From NCBI RefSeq assembly GCF_001194135.2, contig NC_068999.1, positions 3,463,030 to 3,527,029 of the forward strand: a stretch of DNA of 64,000 bases, written 5' to 3'. The position numbers were made by a program, and so were the translations under genes. Positions within the stretch are counted from its first letter, which is position 1, and the number at the start of each line of letters is the position of its first letter. The stretch comes from Octopus bimaculoides (taxonomy: Eukaryota). The notes under the pieces were generated by a model. It made no database searches, was not told the origin of the DNA, and saw nothing but the letters and a program-made list of their open reading frames with translations. Shown piece by piece: positions 26,559 through 39,514 of this stretch.

Positions 26559-28419
26559 CCCATCAAAAATTCTTGGAAGACACATGGAAACTTCTGTTTA
26601 TGAAAAACAGAGGAATGTTATTTTTCTCTTTGCTCTTTCCAAAGTTATTCACTCGAGCAAAGAGGTACTCTCTTTTGTAACGTACCTCTTCTACATTTTT
26701 TTTTCTCGGGAACTGACTCGTGTCTAGCAACTCTTTTTATTCCCAAATACTTGCAAATGGTCAGTTGTTGCTGCCGATGTAGTTTTTTTCGTTTTTTTTT
26801 TTCACATACACACATTTTAGATATATGATGTGCATACGTCGATATGCTTCCATTTGTGTGTGAGGATGTGCATATATATATATATAGAGAGAGAGAGATA
26901 TTTGGTTTTTATCCTTCACCATCTATGTTCCTTGTACTCAACTTTGGCTTTTCTCTGCAATGTCTCTATCGGAGCCATCAGAAGCCATTTACTGCTTCTT
27001 CTGTTCCCCGATCATTTCTGTCCTTCATGAGCCCAGTGCCAGCCAGGTGGGACATTGTGGATCCAGCCACAAACCCACGTTATCTCACCTCAACGAGAAG
27101 CACTACACATCACCATTCACCTACTTCACACTAATCCCCTACGCCCTTCATACTGCAGGCCCTTCTTTTCATGCTCCCTCCCACTCTATACTGACTGCCC
27201 TGCTATGGCAGCAGTCAACTCGGTAACCAGGGTTTATATTTTGCATTTATTTCACCAGCTGGTTTTTAACGCCAGACCCTGCCTTGTCTATATTTTACAA
27301 ACATTTTAGTTGATTATATTAAAGTAAACTCCTTTCATTGTAATTTTTATATATTTTAAGGGATATTAAGCTTTTCTCTACTAACAGTATAGATAATCTC
27401 AAGACATCGAAGTCCGTTTTTTTTTCTTTTCAACTCATTGTATTACACAAAGAGTTGTTGGTAGCAATACAAATAACTCCTTACATTTCAGGGATTGCAA
27501 GCTACATATTTATTATTATTATTATTATTAATACGGAAATTTTAAGTATTTGAGAAAAAAAAAACCTTACTATCATTTTGAGTTTTCAATGAAACAAATA
27601 AGAGCCGACCTACAAACGAAGCCATCAGCTGCTTTAGATGCCAAAATATGGAAATTGTCGAAGTGTAGGACAATGGTTTTGCTATGGAATGGTGAAACTA
27701 TTATTTCGTTTTTTGAAAAAGCAACGATATATATATATATATATAATACACATAGATAGATAGATGGATGGATAAATAACTATTTATAGAGAAATTCTGT
27801 GTTACTTTTAATGAAGTTGATCCAGCAACCCTTGGCTACACACACGACATCCCATGGTTCCTAATATTTAAAATATAGAAATCTATTCTCGAGCACGTCC
27901 CCCTCCTCACACTCATACAATAATAAACCTGTACCCACGTCCATAAAAAATGGATGCCCAAGAATAAATAGTCTGTTCTACAAACGGGAGTCTTTTAATT
28001 GAATGGACTAACAACTCCAAGAAGAACAATGAGTCTATAAGCAGAGTTAAGGAAAGATTTGAGGAGAGGAATATATAAAAAGAAAGAAAAAGAAAGGGTG
28101 GTGATATCATTGAAAAGGTTGGCCAGATCAACGATTGGAATGGTGATAAAGTCTACTTAAAAAACTATCAAAAATATGAGGGACAGTGTGCTGTGTTGTT
28201 TGTGAGAGAACAGGCAGAATGGAATAGGATGGAGGGGAGATTTAGTTGGGGTTAGCGTTGAGATGTGTGAATATGTTGGAGGTTAGGAAGAAATATGGAA
28301 GATAGCAAAAAGATAAAGGGAAGAAGAAACAGTGGGGCTTCTATGTGTGTAAGAGAGAGAGGGAGAGAGAGAGAGAGAATATGTACGTACATAGAATACA
28401 GGGATTCTTTTTATAGTTC

Positions 28420-28455
<36 letters not shown>

Positions 28456-28469
28456 GGAGATGTCTATCT

Positions 28470-28700
28470 ATTTATATATGGCGAGAGAGAGGCAGACAGG
28501 TACATAAGACAGATAGATAGATAGATAGATACATAGATAGATAGATTAGATAGATAGATAAGATAGACAGACAGATAGATAGATAGATAGATACAGACAG
28601 ACAGATAGATATACAGACGGACAGACAGACAGATAGATAGACAGATAGATAGATAGGCAGATAGACAGCCAAATAGATAGATAGAGAGAGAGAGGCAGAT
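28470..28700. repeat. (GATA)n/(GACA)n microsatellite
   Basis: Direct inspection; representative of dozens of (CA)n, (TA)n, (GA)n, (TACA)n, (TAA)n and (CAT)n tracts across the window. Confidence 0.95.
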
Positions 28701-29106
28701 AGATACTTTACATGATATAAATATATTGGTACTGGAGATTCCCTCGATTATTCAGTTCAGGTAAACACTTATCCTAAGCCTCATCTAATTTTTAAGATTT
28801 TACAGTAAAACCATTCCTTAAACCAATTATGATGTACCTTAGGAGATTCGCCCGTGTCTACGCATCACCAACACACACACACACACACATACAGACATGC
28901 GTGTGTGTGTGTGTGTGTGTGGCGGTGTAGGGATGGCTCACCAGTGGTGCGTGTAGTAGTTTCCACCATGTCTACGATGTTAACCAACAAGAAACCTAGC
29001 GAGATGATCATAAAAATAGATACATCACACTTCTGCCCTTATCTATAAATAAGATATATTTCTCTCTGATCAAACATCCGTCCTCGTACTTCTCCCTCCC
29101 TCTTTC

Positions 29107-29154
<48 letters not shown>

Positions 29155-30458
29155 CATTTGCGGTGTGTGTATTTGTATATATATATAAGTACATGAGTGT
29201 ATGTGTGTATATATGTGTATATATATAAACACACATGCACATAGAATCTACACTTCTTTGTATTTAGTCCTTTTAAAACTTGATGCTAGATGTTCAAAAG
29301 CAGTAATTATCTTTTGAGAACTCTGTATAAAGGTGTGCAAGAATATGCACACACACACACACACACGCATAAGTATGAGTGAAAATGTGTGCGCGCATAC
29401 ACACACACACGCAATTATTATACACAAATTTATTACATACATGCTTGTGTGTATGCGTGTAAGTATATATGTACAGACATACATGAGCGAGTATTCCTTA
29501 GTGTGTTCATGTATATCGTATACAAGTGCGTATATAATGTGAATATATGTGTGTGCGTGTGTGTGTGTATGTGAGAGCGAGAGATTAAAAGTAATGGAAA
29601 AGCATAGAACCACAAGTGTGTATCACATACATAGGTGCTTGTTGAAATGTTATCTGCGTTTGTGTTTGCATTTTGGAAGTTGGATTCAACGCCAGACGAT
29701 TGAGTTTTGAGGGCGCGCAAAATGCCCATCGCCTCAGACGTGTCCTAGGCCACCACGAAACTTAAAGCAAATGTAGAGCTGAGTAAAACAATTATCAAAC
29801 TCCAAACAAATGTGTACGGTGGTACTTTCTTTCGTTTGTTCACTTACGAGTGTGTGTGTGTATACACACATAAAACTGAATAAGTTGCGATCAACAAGGA
29901 GTAGAAAGGAACATTTAATTGTAATCACTACAATTGTTTCCACGCAACGTAATTCTCCCTATACGTTATTATATATATATATCCTGGAACATCTTCTACG
30001 GTGTAGGAAAATAAGTGTGCTGCTGGCTTGGACGCCAGTCTTTCGTCAAATGCCGGTTGACTTCTCCAGTATCCCAGGTAACTTCACAACTCTACCTGAT
30101 TCATAAACTGAGAACAGTTTCCACAGAAATATTAACTTGAACCATCAACTGATCTGTTTTTACAGAAGGTATATATATATACACGTCTTAAAAGTAACGT
30201 CTATGCAATTATGTGTATATATATGTATGGACACACAAATATATGAATACTGACATATAAACGCATAAATACATACGTGTATACATGTGTGTATATATAT
30301 ATATATACATACATATATGTATAGATATACAGAACAAACATACACTTTAGATTATACACACACACATGTATACATATACATGTATGTACATATATGAATA
30401 TTTATATTACCCTAGATATATATACACACACGCATAAAATAAATAAATAAAATACAGG

Positions 30459-30494
<36 letters not shown>

Positions 30495-30945
30495 CATAGT
30501 CATCAGTAGGTACAGCTTGGTATCATGCACCAAATTTTTACGGATTATTTTAGATACTCATGCTGTTGTCGCAAGCAGATATAGACAACCTTTCTACTCT
30601 CTCACTCCAGAGCCGGCGGAGCATCCAGGATCTAACAGCTGGAAATAGGGGAGGGAGGGAGAGAATGCTGCACAGTCACCAAGCTGGTACTCATTACAGC
30701 TGACTAGGCTGGTGCAACACGGAAAGAAGAGACTTGCTCAAGAGTTACGATGTGTAACCCAGAACAAAAACTGGTCCCGCAATCATACGACCCGACCACG
30801 GTAAAGCACTTGGTTCCGCTAACCTAAGTCTCTATACATATATAACAAACATAGACGCGCGCGCGCATACAGTATAGGTTTGATAGAACATACAAGAGAA
30901 ATATAACACATTACATGAGTGCATGTATGTATATATGTATGTATG

Positions 30946-30984
<39 letters not shown>

Positions 30985-32100
30985 NNNNNNNNNNNNNNNN
31001 NNNNNNNNNNNNNNNNNNNNNNNNNNNNNNNNNNNNNNNNNNNNNNNNNNNNNNNNNNNNNNNNNNNNNNNNNNNNNNNNNNNNNNNNNNNNNNNNNNNN
31101 NNNNNNNNNNNNNNNNNNNNNNNNNNNNNNNNNNNNNNNNNNNNNNNNNNNNNNNNNNNNNNNNNNNNNNNNNNNNNNNNNNNNNNNNNNNNNNNNNNNN
31201 NNNNNNNNNNNNNNNNNNNNNCCCCCCCCACCAAGCAGGCTATTTACATGCTAGAAATAACAGCCAAATCTCACAAAACTAGTGTTAGGGTTTGAGTTAG
31301 GGTTAGGTTTACCCTGTGGATCTATATAAAAACCAGGGGGGGGGGGAACGAAATTTTGAAATTGAGATCTTTGAAAATTTTTTTTCAGAATCGGAATCTC
31401 CATAGCCTAAAACGTGGGATTCTGTAAAAAAAAATTTTTTAAATAAGGGGGGAAAGATTCAGATTACATATAGTCCATCTGGACCCGAATAATAAATGAG
31501 TATATGCATATATACGTGCATGTATACACAGACACATAAATAGATATGTAGATAGGTATATATTTCGAAGGAGAGATAGGCAAATAGTGTGTATATCGGA
31601 AGAAAACCAAGTAAATCAAAATTAATAGGGATTTACGGATAGTCTACTCTCCACACACACACACACACAGTCATAGATTAAATACAGTGTATGTTTGTCA
31701 CAGTATATATGCGATAGATAGATAGATAGTGAAGAAGTGCGTGTGACAGAGTATGCTAGATAAACAGAAAGATAGAAATAGATTGACAGATATGAAGTAG
31801 AACCGACAAATAAGATATAGAGAGACAGACAGAAAGAGAGATAGGCTGTACGGAAGAGTGGAAACGATACATAAAAATCTTTACCTGTGATTCATTTAGA
31901 CGGTGTAAAGAAAAAAAGATTGTTTTCTCATTGAAACACAATGGAGCATTATAATGGTTTAATTGGAGAGTATAGGGTATAGTTTAGCTGTAGTCATTCT
32001 GAGTTGTTACAATAAATACACATGGGTTTGTGGTCGAGCCTGTTTAGACAACAAGGCAACCGACTCAAGAAGAATATAATAAACACATTAGAATACGTAC

Positions 32101-32287
32101 CCAGGATCGGTGAATCGGGTACATGACTTCGATTAAATGTGATTTCGTGGAAACTCTGCCTACAGCTGTTGGTTTGTGATCTACTCGGAGTGCGACAATA
32201 TCCATGGCTTATAAGAACGGCTATAATGATCCAACAGAGCGGCTTTAGCCGGTCTGGTAAGACAGGACAGGGAGAACGGGCCGCCAT
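32101..32287 (-). CDS. GPC: First coding exon of a secreted/cell-surface protein, most likely a glypican (heparan-sulfate proteoglycan); 62 codons + 1 nt
   Basis: Strong start context caagATGGcg. Translation MAARSPCPVLPDRLKPLCWIIIAVLISHGYCRTPSRSQTNSCRQSFHEITFNRSHVPDSPIL-G has a hydrophobic signal-peptide core (LCWIIIAVLI). The exon ends at donor CTGG|gtacgt (32100), phase 1. RQSFHEITFNRSHVPDSPILG aligns without gaps to the glypican exon-1 end as I recall it (GPC1 RQIYGAKGFSLSDVPQAEISG; GPC4 [21 protein letters not shown]), which also ends in a phase-1 intron at the Gly. Family call made by eye. Confidence 0.65.
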
Positions 32288-32684
32288 CTTGTGGTGGAGC
32301 TGTTGCTGGTGGTGGAAGAGGAGGAGGGGGGAATCGAGCTGCTGCTGCTGCTGCTGCTACTGTTCTTGTTGCTGCCGTTGCCTCTCCTCCACATCAACAA
32401 CAACAATTACTACTACAACAACTATTGCTGGTAAGGCAGGCAACAACTATTACCACCACCAGGAGCTCGGTTCTACTGGTCTAAGGTTGAGAGAGGATGA
32501 GTAGGAGTAGGAGAGATAGAGAGAGAGTAAAAGGAGAGACAGCGACAGAGAGAGAGAAAGAAGTTATAGCGAGAGCGAACGATTGAGAGAAAGGGGGAGA
32601 TGGGGGAAGAGAAGACAAGAGTTATATATGTGTGTGTGTGTATATACGTGTGCATATGTATGTGCACGTACGTTTCTATATGTG

Positions 32685-32718
<34 letters not shown>

Positions 32719-33330
32719 GGGAAGTGCACGAGCGCTTACTTATATAAACACCTATATGAGTGTGTGTGTGTGTGTGGAGTAAAGTTAAAAAATGGGGGGA
32801 GACACGGGAAGAACACGCAATGTTATTATTGTTAGTGCAGTTGTTATTGTTGTGATCACTATTACTCTTTCTCCCTCACCGTTTTTACTCTCTCTATATT
32901 TATCTTTCTAAACGAAGGGGAGACGGAAGCTATCACCCTTGTTCTCCTCCTCCTACTCTATCACATTGTTTCGCTCCTTTCCCTCTCTCTCTTTCCTACA
33001 CGTTTTCCCTCTCTAACATTGCCATATCACATTCAAGGGAGCATCTCACCCTTCTCCTCCTATAGTCTTACCTTACTGCTCTTCCTCCTACTCTCTCGCC
33101 TTGTTCCCAAGTCTTCTTCCACCTTCTCCTTTACTCACTCTCACTTCACCCTTTGCACCCTCCTCTCTCACAAACATATATATATTTATATATAGACACG
33201 CACGCAAACACACAAACATACACACACACGCACACGTCCTCTTCCTTCTACCTTTATCGTTTTACACTATTATCTTCGCCTCCCCTTCAATTCCTCCCCT
33301 AATCTACTCCCCCTCTCCTCACTCCCCAAA
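32288..33330 (-). promoter_or_regulatory. 5' UTR and promoter region of the glypican-like gene
   Basis: CpG-containing, non-TE sequence directly upstream of the ATG, with (CAG)n and (TTG)n runs and long GA/CT-rich tracts (32500-32610, 32860-33320). TSS not determinable from sequence. Confidence 0.5.
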
Positions 33331-33399
33331 TATCGCGCTGGCAACACAACGTCTTAATAGACTCCAGTGCGACCCTTACACCTTTTTAACACACGTATG

Positions 33400-33900
33400 C
33401 ATGCACGTAAATAAACACACGCATATATATATATATATTAATACATATGCGCACGCATGCATACACATATCTATACACATACACGCACACAGGCGCGAAC
33501 ATATAATCATATCTGTATGTATGTGTGTGTGAGTGTGAGTGTGTGTATGTGCATGTATGTATATATGTACGGTGAATACATACATACATACATACACACA
33601 TACACATATATACAGACATACGTACACACACACACATATATATATACACATACACATATATACAGACATACGTACACACATATATATGTATATGTATATA
33701 CATACATACACACACACATATATACAGACATACGTACACACATATCTATGTATATGTATATATATATACATATATACATACACACATACACATATATACA
33801 GACATACATACATACATGTAGATAGACATGCATATATACACACAAACACTCATACACATACATTCGCACACATGGGTACATACACACGCATACACACAGA
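33400..33900. repeat. Compound (TA)/(CA) microsatellite with higher-order unit atatatacagacatacgtacacaca (about 4 copies)
   Basis: The unit recurs at about 33607, 33657, 33719 and 33793. Confidence 0.85.
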
Positions 33901-34064
33901 ACACTGAATTCGCCCCTCCCCCCGCCTCACAATCATCGTGGTGTTTAAATGACTGGTAATACAACGGCATACGCCTGAACGGGACACCAATTTATCACAG
34001 GATTTGACACCCATAACCACCCACCCCTCCCCCTCCCCGTCCCAATTGCCATTGGTAGTTATTT

Positions 34065-34200
34065 ACATCTTGAATGCACTGGAAGAACATGAAGTGAAAT
34101 GCATCGGTCGAGAACACAACGCATCACCTAGCCTGGGAATCGAAATCGCTATCTATCGCTCGTGAGAGCAACAGCCTAACGACAAGGCCGTGTCCCTTCA
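34065..34200 (-). mobile_element. Decayed CORE-SINE 5' part
   Basis: Reverse complement of a tRNA-like head (gattcccagg) followed by a CORE-like segment. Confidence 0.55.
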
Positions 34201-34354
34201 CGAGAAAGTTGAATGTATGATTAAACTGATGCACAGACGGGCTTGTATAGCATATCATGCATATCCTACACACTCATACAAGTCTGTCCGTTCATTGAGC
34301 AATCCGAACACGAAACTTGAAGTAGCTCACGTATAACTTTTGTATTTATTAAAT

Positions 34355-34392
<38 letters not shown>

Positions 34393-34408
34393 TATATANN
34401 NNNNNNNN

Positions 34409-34443
<35 letters not shown>

Positions 34444-35944
34444 TCGCCGGATGCATGTGTATACATGTGTGTGTGTGTACATACATACAGAGAGAGAGAT
34501 GGGGGAGAGGGAAATGCATAGATACACACACACTCTCTCTCTCTCTCTCACACATACCTTGCTTCTTGTTGTGATTAATACGGCAAAACCGTTCAAGGAA
34601 TTTTCAAATCTTCTCGTCCATGACACCCATTCAAAAACTCATCTACTTCCTTTACACGTGACCTCAAACACACAACTTCATACATCGGCTTTGTTTGGAC
34701 GCCAGGAATGAGAGAGTCTCTCTAAATGACGTTGTTCTGCGAGGTCCATTCTTTGGGCAAGGTTTTCCAATATTCTCTCTTAAAATCAAAATCTTTCTAC
34801 GTGTCTCGAAGGAGAATCCTGAAAGGCATCTTTTCTCTCCTCCCCGTGGACCTGCCTTGAGTTAACTTCCTCTAAAAATGGCTGTTTCATGCAAACGAGA
34901 TGATTTGGAACTTTTGTCGTAAGGTGTATATGCTTAACATAAAGGAATAGGATTTGGAAAAATTCCTTAATGTGCTGATTTGTCATTTTATTCCCATAAC
35001 TCTTCTGAGCGAAATCACATGAAAGCAGTGCAATTCTTTTTGGTTCTTATCGAATGTTGTCCTCGATTCTGGATCATGGAACAATGCTGGAATAAATACC
35101 ATTTTTAATCCTAAAGACAAACACATTTACGCTCGCTGCTCCTACACGTTTCATCGTAATCTCTCAAACGCTAAATTGGATTTTGGCTTCTGTGTTGATG
35201 TTGCTTTCTATAGCAAATAAACTTGTCTAGTATTTAAACTTACCAACATAAAACATCTCCTGTTTTCAAAAATTTGCTCATTTACATAAATATGAAAGTC
35301 ATTATATGTCACTCTCGGCTCACACTGAGACAGAAATCCCGACTTCGATCTGTTTGTTTGGAGTCCAAAGGTTTGACAGGCTGCTGCTGTAGGTGAAATC
35401 TCTATCAGCTACCAAAGCAGTAAACTCTAGTTTGTAAACAAATTAAAATTTTGTGACAGACTGAGAGTTATAAAGATTAGAGTGATCTCTTCTGGGTTAG
35501 ATTTAAAGGTCAAGGTCACAGTGTGAGCAAGTGTCAAGGTCACAATGTAACAAAGTGTTAGTAAACTGAAGAGAAAGTTGATTAACGTGGTGGGGTTTAA
35601 GACAGAGCCTTGTTTCGACACCACTTAGGACCTTAAACAGCGTTGATTGGTCACCGTTATCAAAAACATAAGCCAATATTTCTCAGTTTCTCAAAGGCTC
35701 TGCATTTATAGAAACGTTAATGGCCTCCTCGTGTATTGAGGTGACGGTAATGGAAACTGTGTCAAGACGTTCCAGATTCTTCCACACAATTTGGTGCCGT
35801 TACCATTTAAAGGGATAGCCTCGAAGTCTAAGAACAATCAAGATCATTCGCATTGTCACAGAAATGCTGCGCAACTGGGGAAATCTCAGATACACGGTGG
35901 CCCTCCTTATAAACAAATTGAGACCAGTCATAGACCCAAAATAC

Positions 35945-36291
<347 letters not shown>

Positions 36292-36817
36292 TCCTCTTTA
36301 CTCCAGTAAATACAGAAGACAGAAGAACCTTCCAGAGAATAAGTCAGGTGACAGTGGAAGCAACATGTATCATATTAGAATAAAACTAATAATAATAAAA
36401 ACAAAAATAAAAAAACAAAAACAAGGAAGAAACCATCATCAATATTCTGAAGAACCAAAATTTATTGGCAGACATCAAACTACAAACAAAGGATTCTGAA
36501 TGAAGAAGAAGAAGAAAAAGAAGAAATACGGTGGGGAAAAAATATGGAACGAAAGAAAATAAACAAAATCTAAAAGAGAACCGAAGCTAAAACAAACATG
36601 CAGACTTACAGACAGACAGCAACAATAATAACAACAACAACAACAGCAACAGCAACAACAACAACACCATGAACTAACAACGCGAAGAAAACAATTCACG
36701 TTTTGTTACAAGAAAATTCAACAAATTGAAGAAAATTTTTTTCCTTGCTTTAGTTACAAAGTACTGCAATAATATTACAATATTATTTATAAGCGCATGC
36801 GCACTCGTGTGTGTGTG

Positions 36818-36854
<37 letters not shown>

Positions 36855-37244
36855 CCTGCACATGTATATGATAATATGTATGCGTGTGTATGTATATATG
36901 TGTATAAATGTGTGTATATATATATGTACGTACATGTATGTATGTATGCATGTGTGAGTGTGTATGTGTGTTTTGGAATGCTAACGGTGAAAGCACTGAA
37001 TATATAAACTAGAATTTATTTATTCATCCAAACCCAGAGTTGAACTTCATTTTGACCTCAAGGCTTGTGTTCGCGCGCGCGCGCGTTTTTGTGCATGCGC
37101 GTGTGTGCGTGTGTACGCGCGCATACAAATACGCACATTTTCATTTATACACACACGCAAATATACGTACGTACATACTGGCATATACATCTCCATCATC
37201 ATCATTACCACCACCACCATCACCACCACCATCACCATCACCAC

Positions 37245-37276
<32 letters not shown>

Positions 37277-37439
37277 CGATAATCATTTTACTGACGTAGC
37301 TTGAATGGGCTGCAATGCTCCTGACACCGACCACTTTACAGAATGTAACGGTGGCGCTTTCTCGTGGCGCCAGCATCAAAGAGTTTTTCCTGTCTGTGGC
37401 AAAGACAGGACGGATCTATTCCATCTCAATAACAGATTT

Positions 37440-37690
37440 TTTAATTAATTTTTTTTCTTAACTAAACAGTTTGAAACTTCGAATACTTGTAGAATTTCTC
37501 ACGTAGAACATGGTTTACTCTTAACGTTTTTGACAGAATTTCGTATTTTAGAAGTTATTTCGTGTTAAAGTTGTATTTGTGAAAATTTCAACCGACGTGT
37601 ATTCGGTTAAAGAAAGCTACTGTTGTTTGCGATAGTAATTAAAGCTTTCTTCAACCGAATACACGTCGTTGATTCGTTGAAATTACCGTA
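37440..37690. mobile_element. MITE-like/foldback repeat fragment with an internal inverted repeat
   Basis: AT-rich segment (aaacagtttgaaacttcg...aagttatttcgtgttaaagttg...) of DNA-transposon-like style, ending in a 30-bp inverted repeat at 37589-37671. Confidence 0.4.
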
Positions 37691-38049
37691 TTGCGGGAGT
37701 TATCTGCCGCTTGCAATAAATATCGAGTGCGAGAATCGCATCGAATCAACCAGCTGGGAGAGATGTCTTCCTGGGGTTAAATGGCAGTATAGTCGTCTCT
37801 TAGAGGACAGCCACATTCAAGTCGCCATAAGCAATACTATTTCTATTTAGTATTCATTTCATTTTAATATTAACCTGCAGACGTTACAGAGCGACTCGGG
37901 GGCCGAGAGTTTCGTCCATTGGTACTTATGACGAAACTCTCGGTTTGAGTCATTCTATAACTTCTGTTCGTTAATAATAAAACTGTATACGAACGTACAT
38001 ACGCACATACATACATACATACAGACAGACAGACAGACAGACAGACAGG

Positions 38050-38365
38050 CAGGCAATGGTACTCATGGCTTCTGATCTTAACGGATTGGAAGTGTTATCA
38101 TGTACATTGTTTTGTCATGGTATAAAAGATGGGCTACAGCAAATATTCTGCTCAATATAACAGATTAGCTTGTAACTTGCTTGAGCTTAACCCGGTGAGC
38201 ATGTCCCTTAGCAGCTGACGATATGTGCGTCTCTGACCACGAGCAAAAGTAGTGGGGGAACATCATAGCCACGTGATTAGATAGATTCTTTGAGATTTGA
38301 ATAATTCACCCTTGGAAACATGGGTGTTTCGTTCATAATCCTTAAGCAACTCTTATTCAGGGACT
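38050..38365. repeat. Probable interspersed repeat (unclassified)
   Basis: ggtactcatggcttctgatcttaac...gggctacagcaaatattctgctc...cttattcagggac resembles an octopus interspersed repeat as I recall it; single copy in this window. Confidence 0.45.
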
Positions 38366-39461
38366 GTGAGGGGCGAAGAAGGAGGGGAGTGAACTAGAAT
38401 ATTGGGTGAGGTTTTATTGTTTTAAGGTGGTTAAATGTCTATCTAGATAGGTATATTAGGGTTAGGGTTTGAAAGTTAGGTTAGTGATCCATTCAAGAAG
38501 CAGGGCTAACGTAGAGGGCTAAGTTCGAGAGAAGAACGCGAAGTTAAAGTGAAAAGAAGTTAACATTTAAAACAAGCAGATTTCATTGAGAAATACAAAA
38601 GTGGGGTGAAGAAAGCGGGAGACAAATTGATTGAGGGTCAGAGCAAGAGTTAAATAGAGAAAAATTGGATATTGTAGGTAGCGAGATCAAGCGAGGAACA
38701 ATAGCGGAAGAAAGGTTAAGCAGTGTTTGCCATTAACGACTTGGTTAAAAGAACGTTTCACTCATCGATACAATGGCCATTGTTAATTGTTTACATAACA
38801 CCGTCTGCAAGGAAATATTTAATGTCATCATTTGAATATTAAACATTGTCAATACTCGGCGTGATCTTTAGAAGAAGAAGTATGTTTGTAGGCAAATGTG
38901 CCGATGAATTCCGTTGGAGAGAAGCGGTAATATTAATAAATACAATCTATTGTTGTTTGTGGCTGAGTGGTGTTAGAAATTATCAAAGAAAACCAGTTGT
39001 CTTCAGGCAGAGTACTGTAAAGTACCAGTACTTGCTCCTGTTACAACAACAGCACACAGACTACTCATTGATTCATCGATTAACTCTGTCACATTTATCA
39101 GAACAGATCGGGTTTTGTCCTTCCAAAATTATTTACAAACATCAAACACACAACAATGGACTCCCACCTTCCCTGCTGGACAATCACTCGTTTAAACACA
39201 CACACACATACACGTTTATACATACATACACACATACATACATACATACATACGTACATACATACATACGTACGTGCGTATGTGCATGCATGCATACATA
39301 CATACATACATACTTATATGCACACGCACGCATATATATANNNNNNNNNNNNNNNNNNNNNNNNNNNNNNNNNNNNNNNNNNNNNNNNNNNNNNNNNNNN
39401 NNNNNNNNNNNNNNNNNNNNNNNNNNNNNNNNNNNNNNNNNNNNNNNNNNNNNNNNNNNNN

Positions 39462-39514
<53 letters not shown>

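Noticed and set aside
31284-31310. TTAGGG-like runs (also at 38455-38485)
   Set aside because: Only 2-3 degenerate units; not a telomere or a meaningful interstitial telomeric array.
32139-32504. 121-aa plus-strand ORF overlapping the glypican-like exon
   Set aside because: Antisense shadow of exon 1 and its trinucleotide-rich UTR; low complexity.
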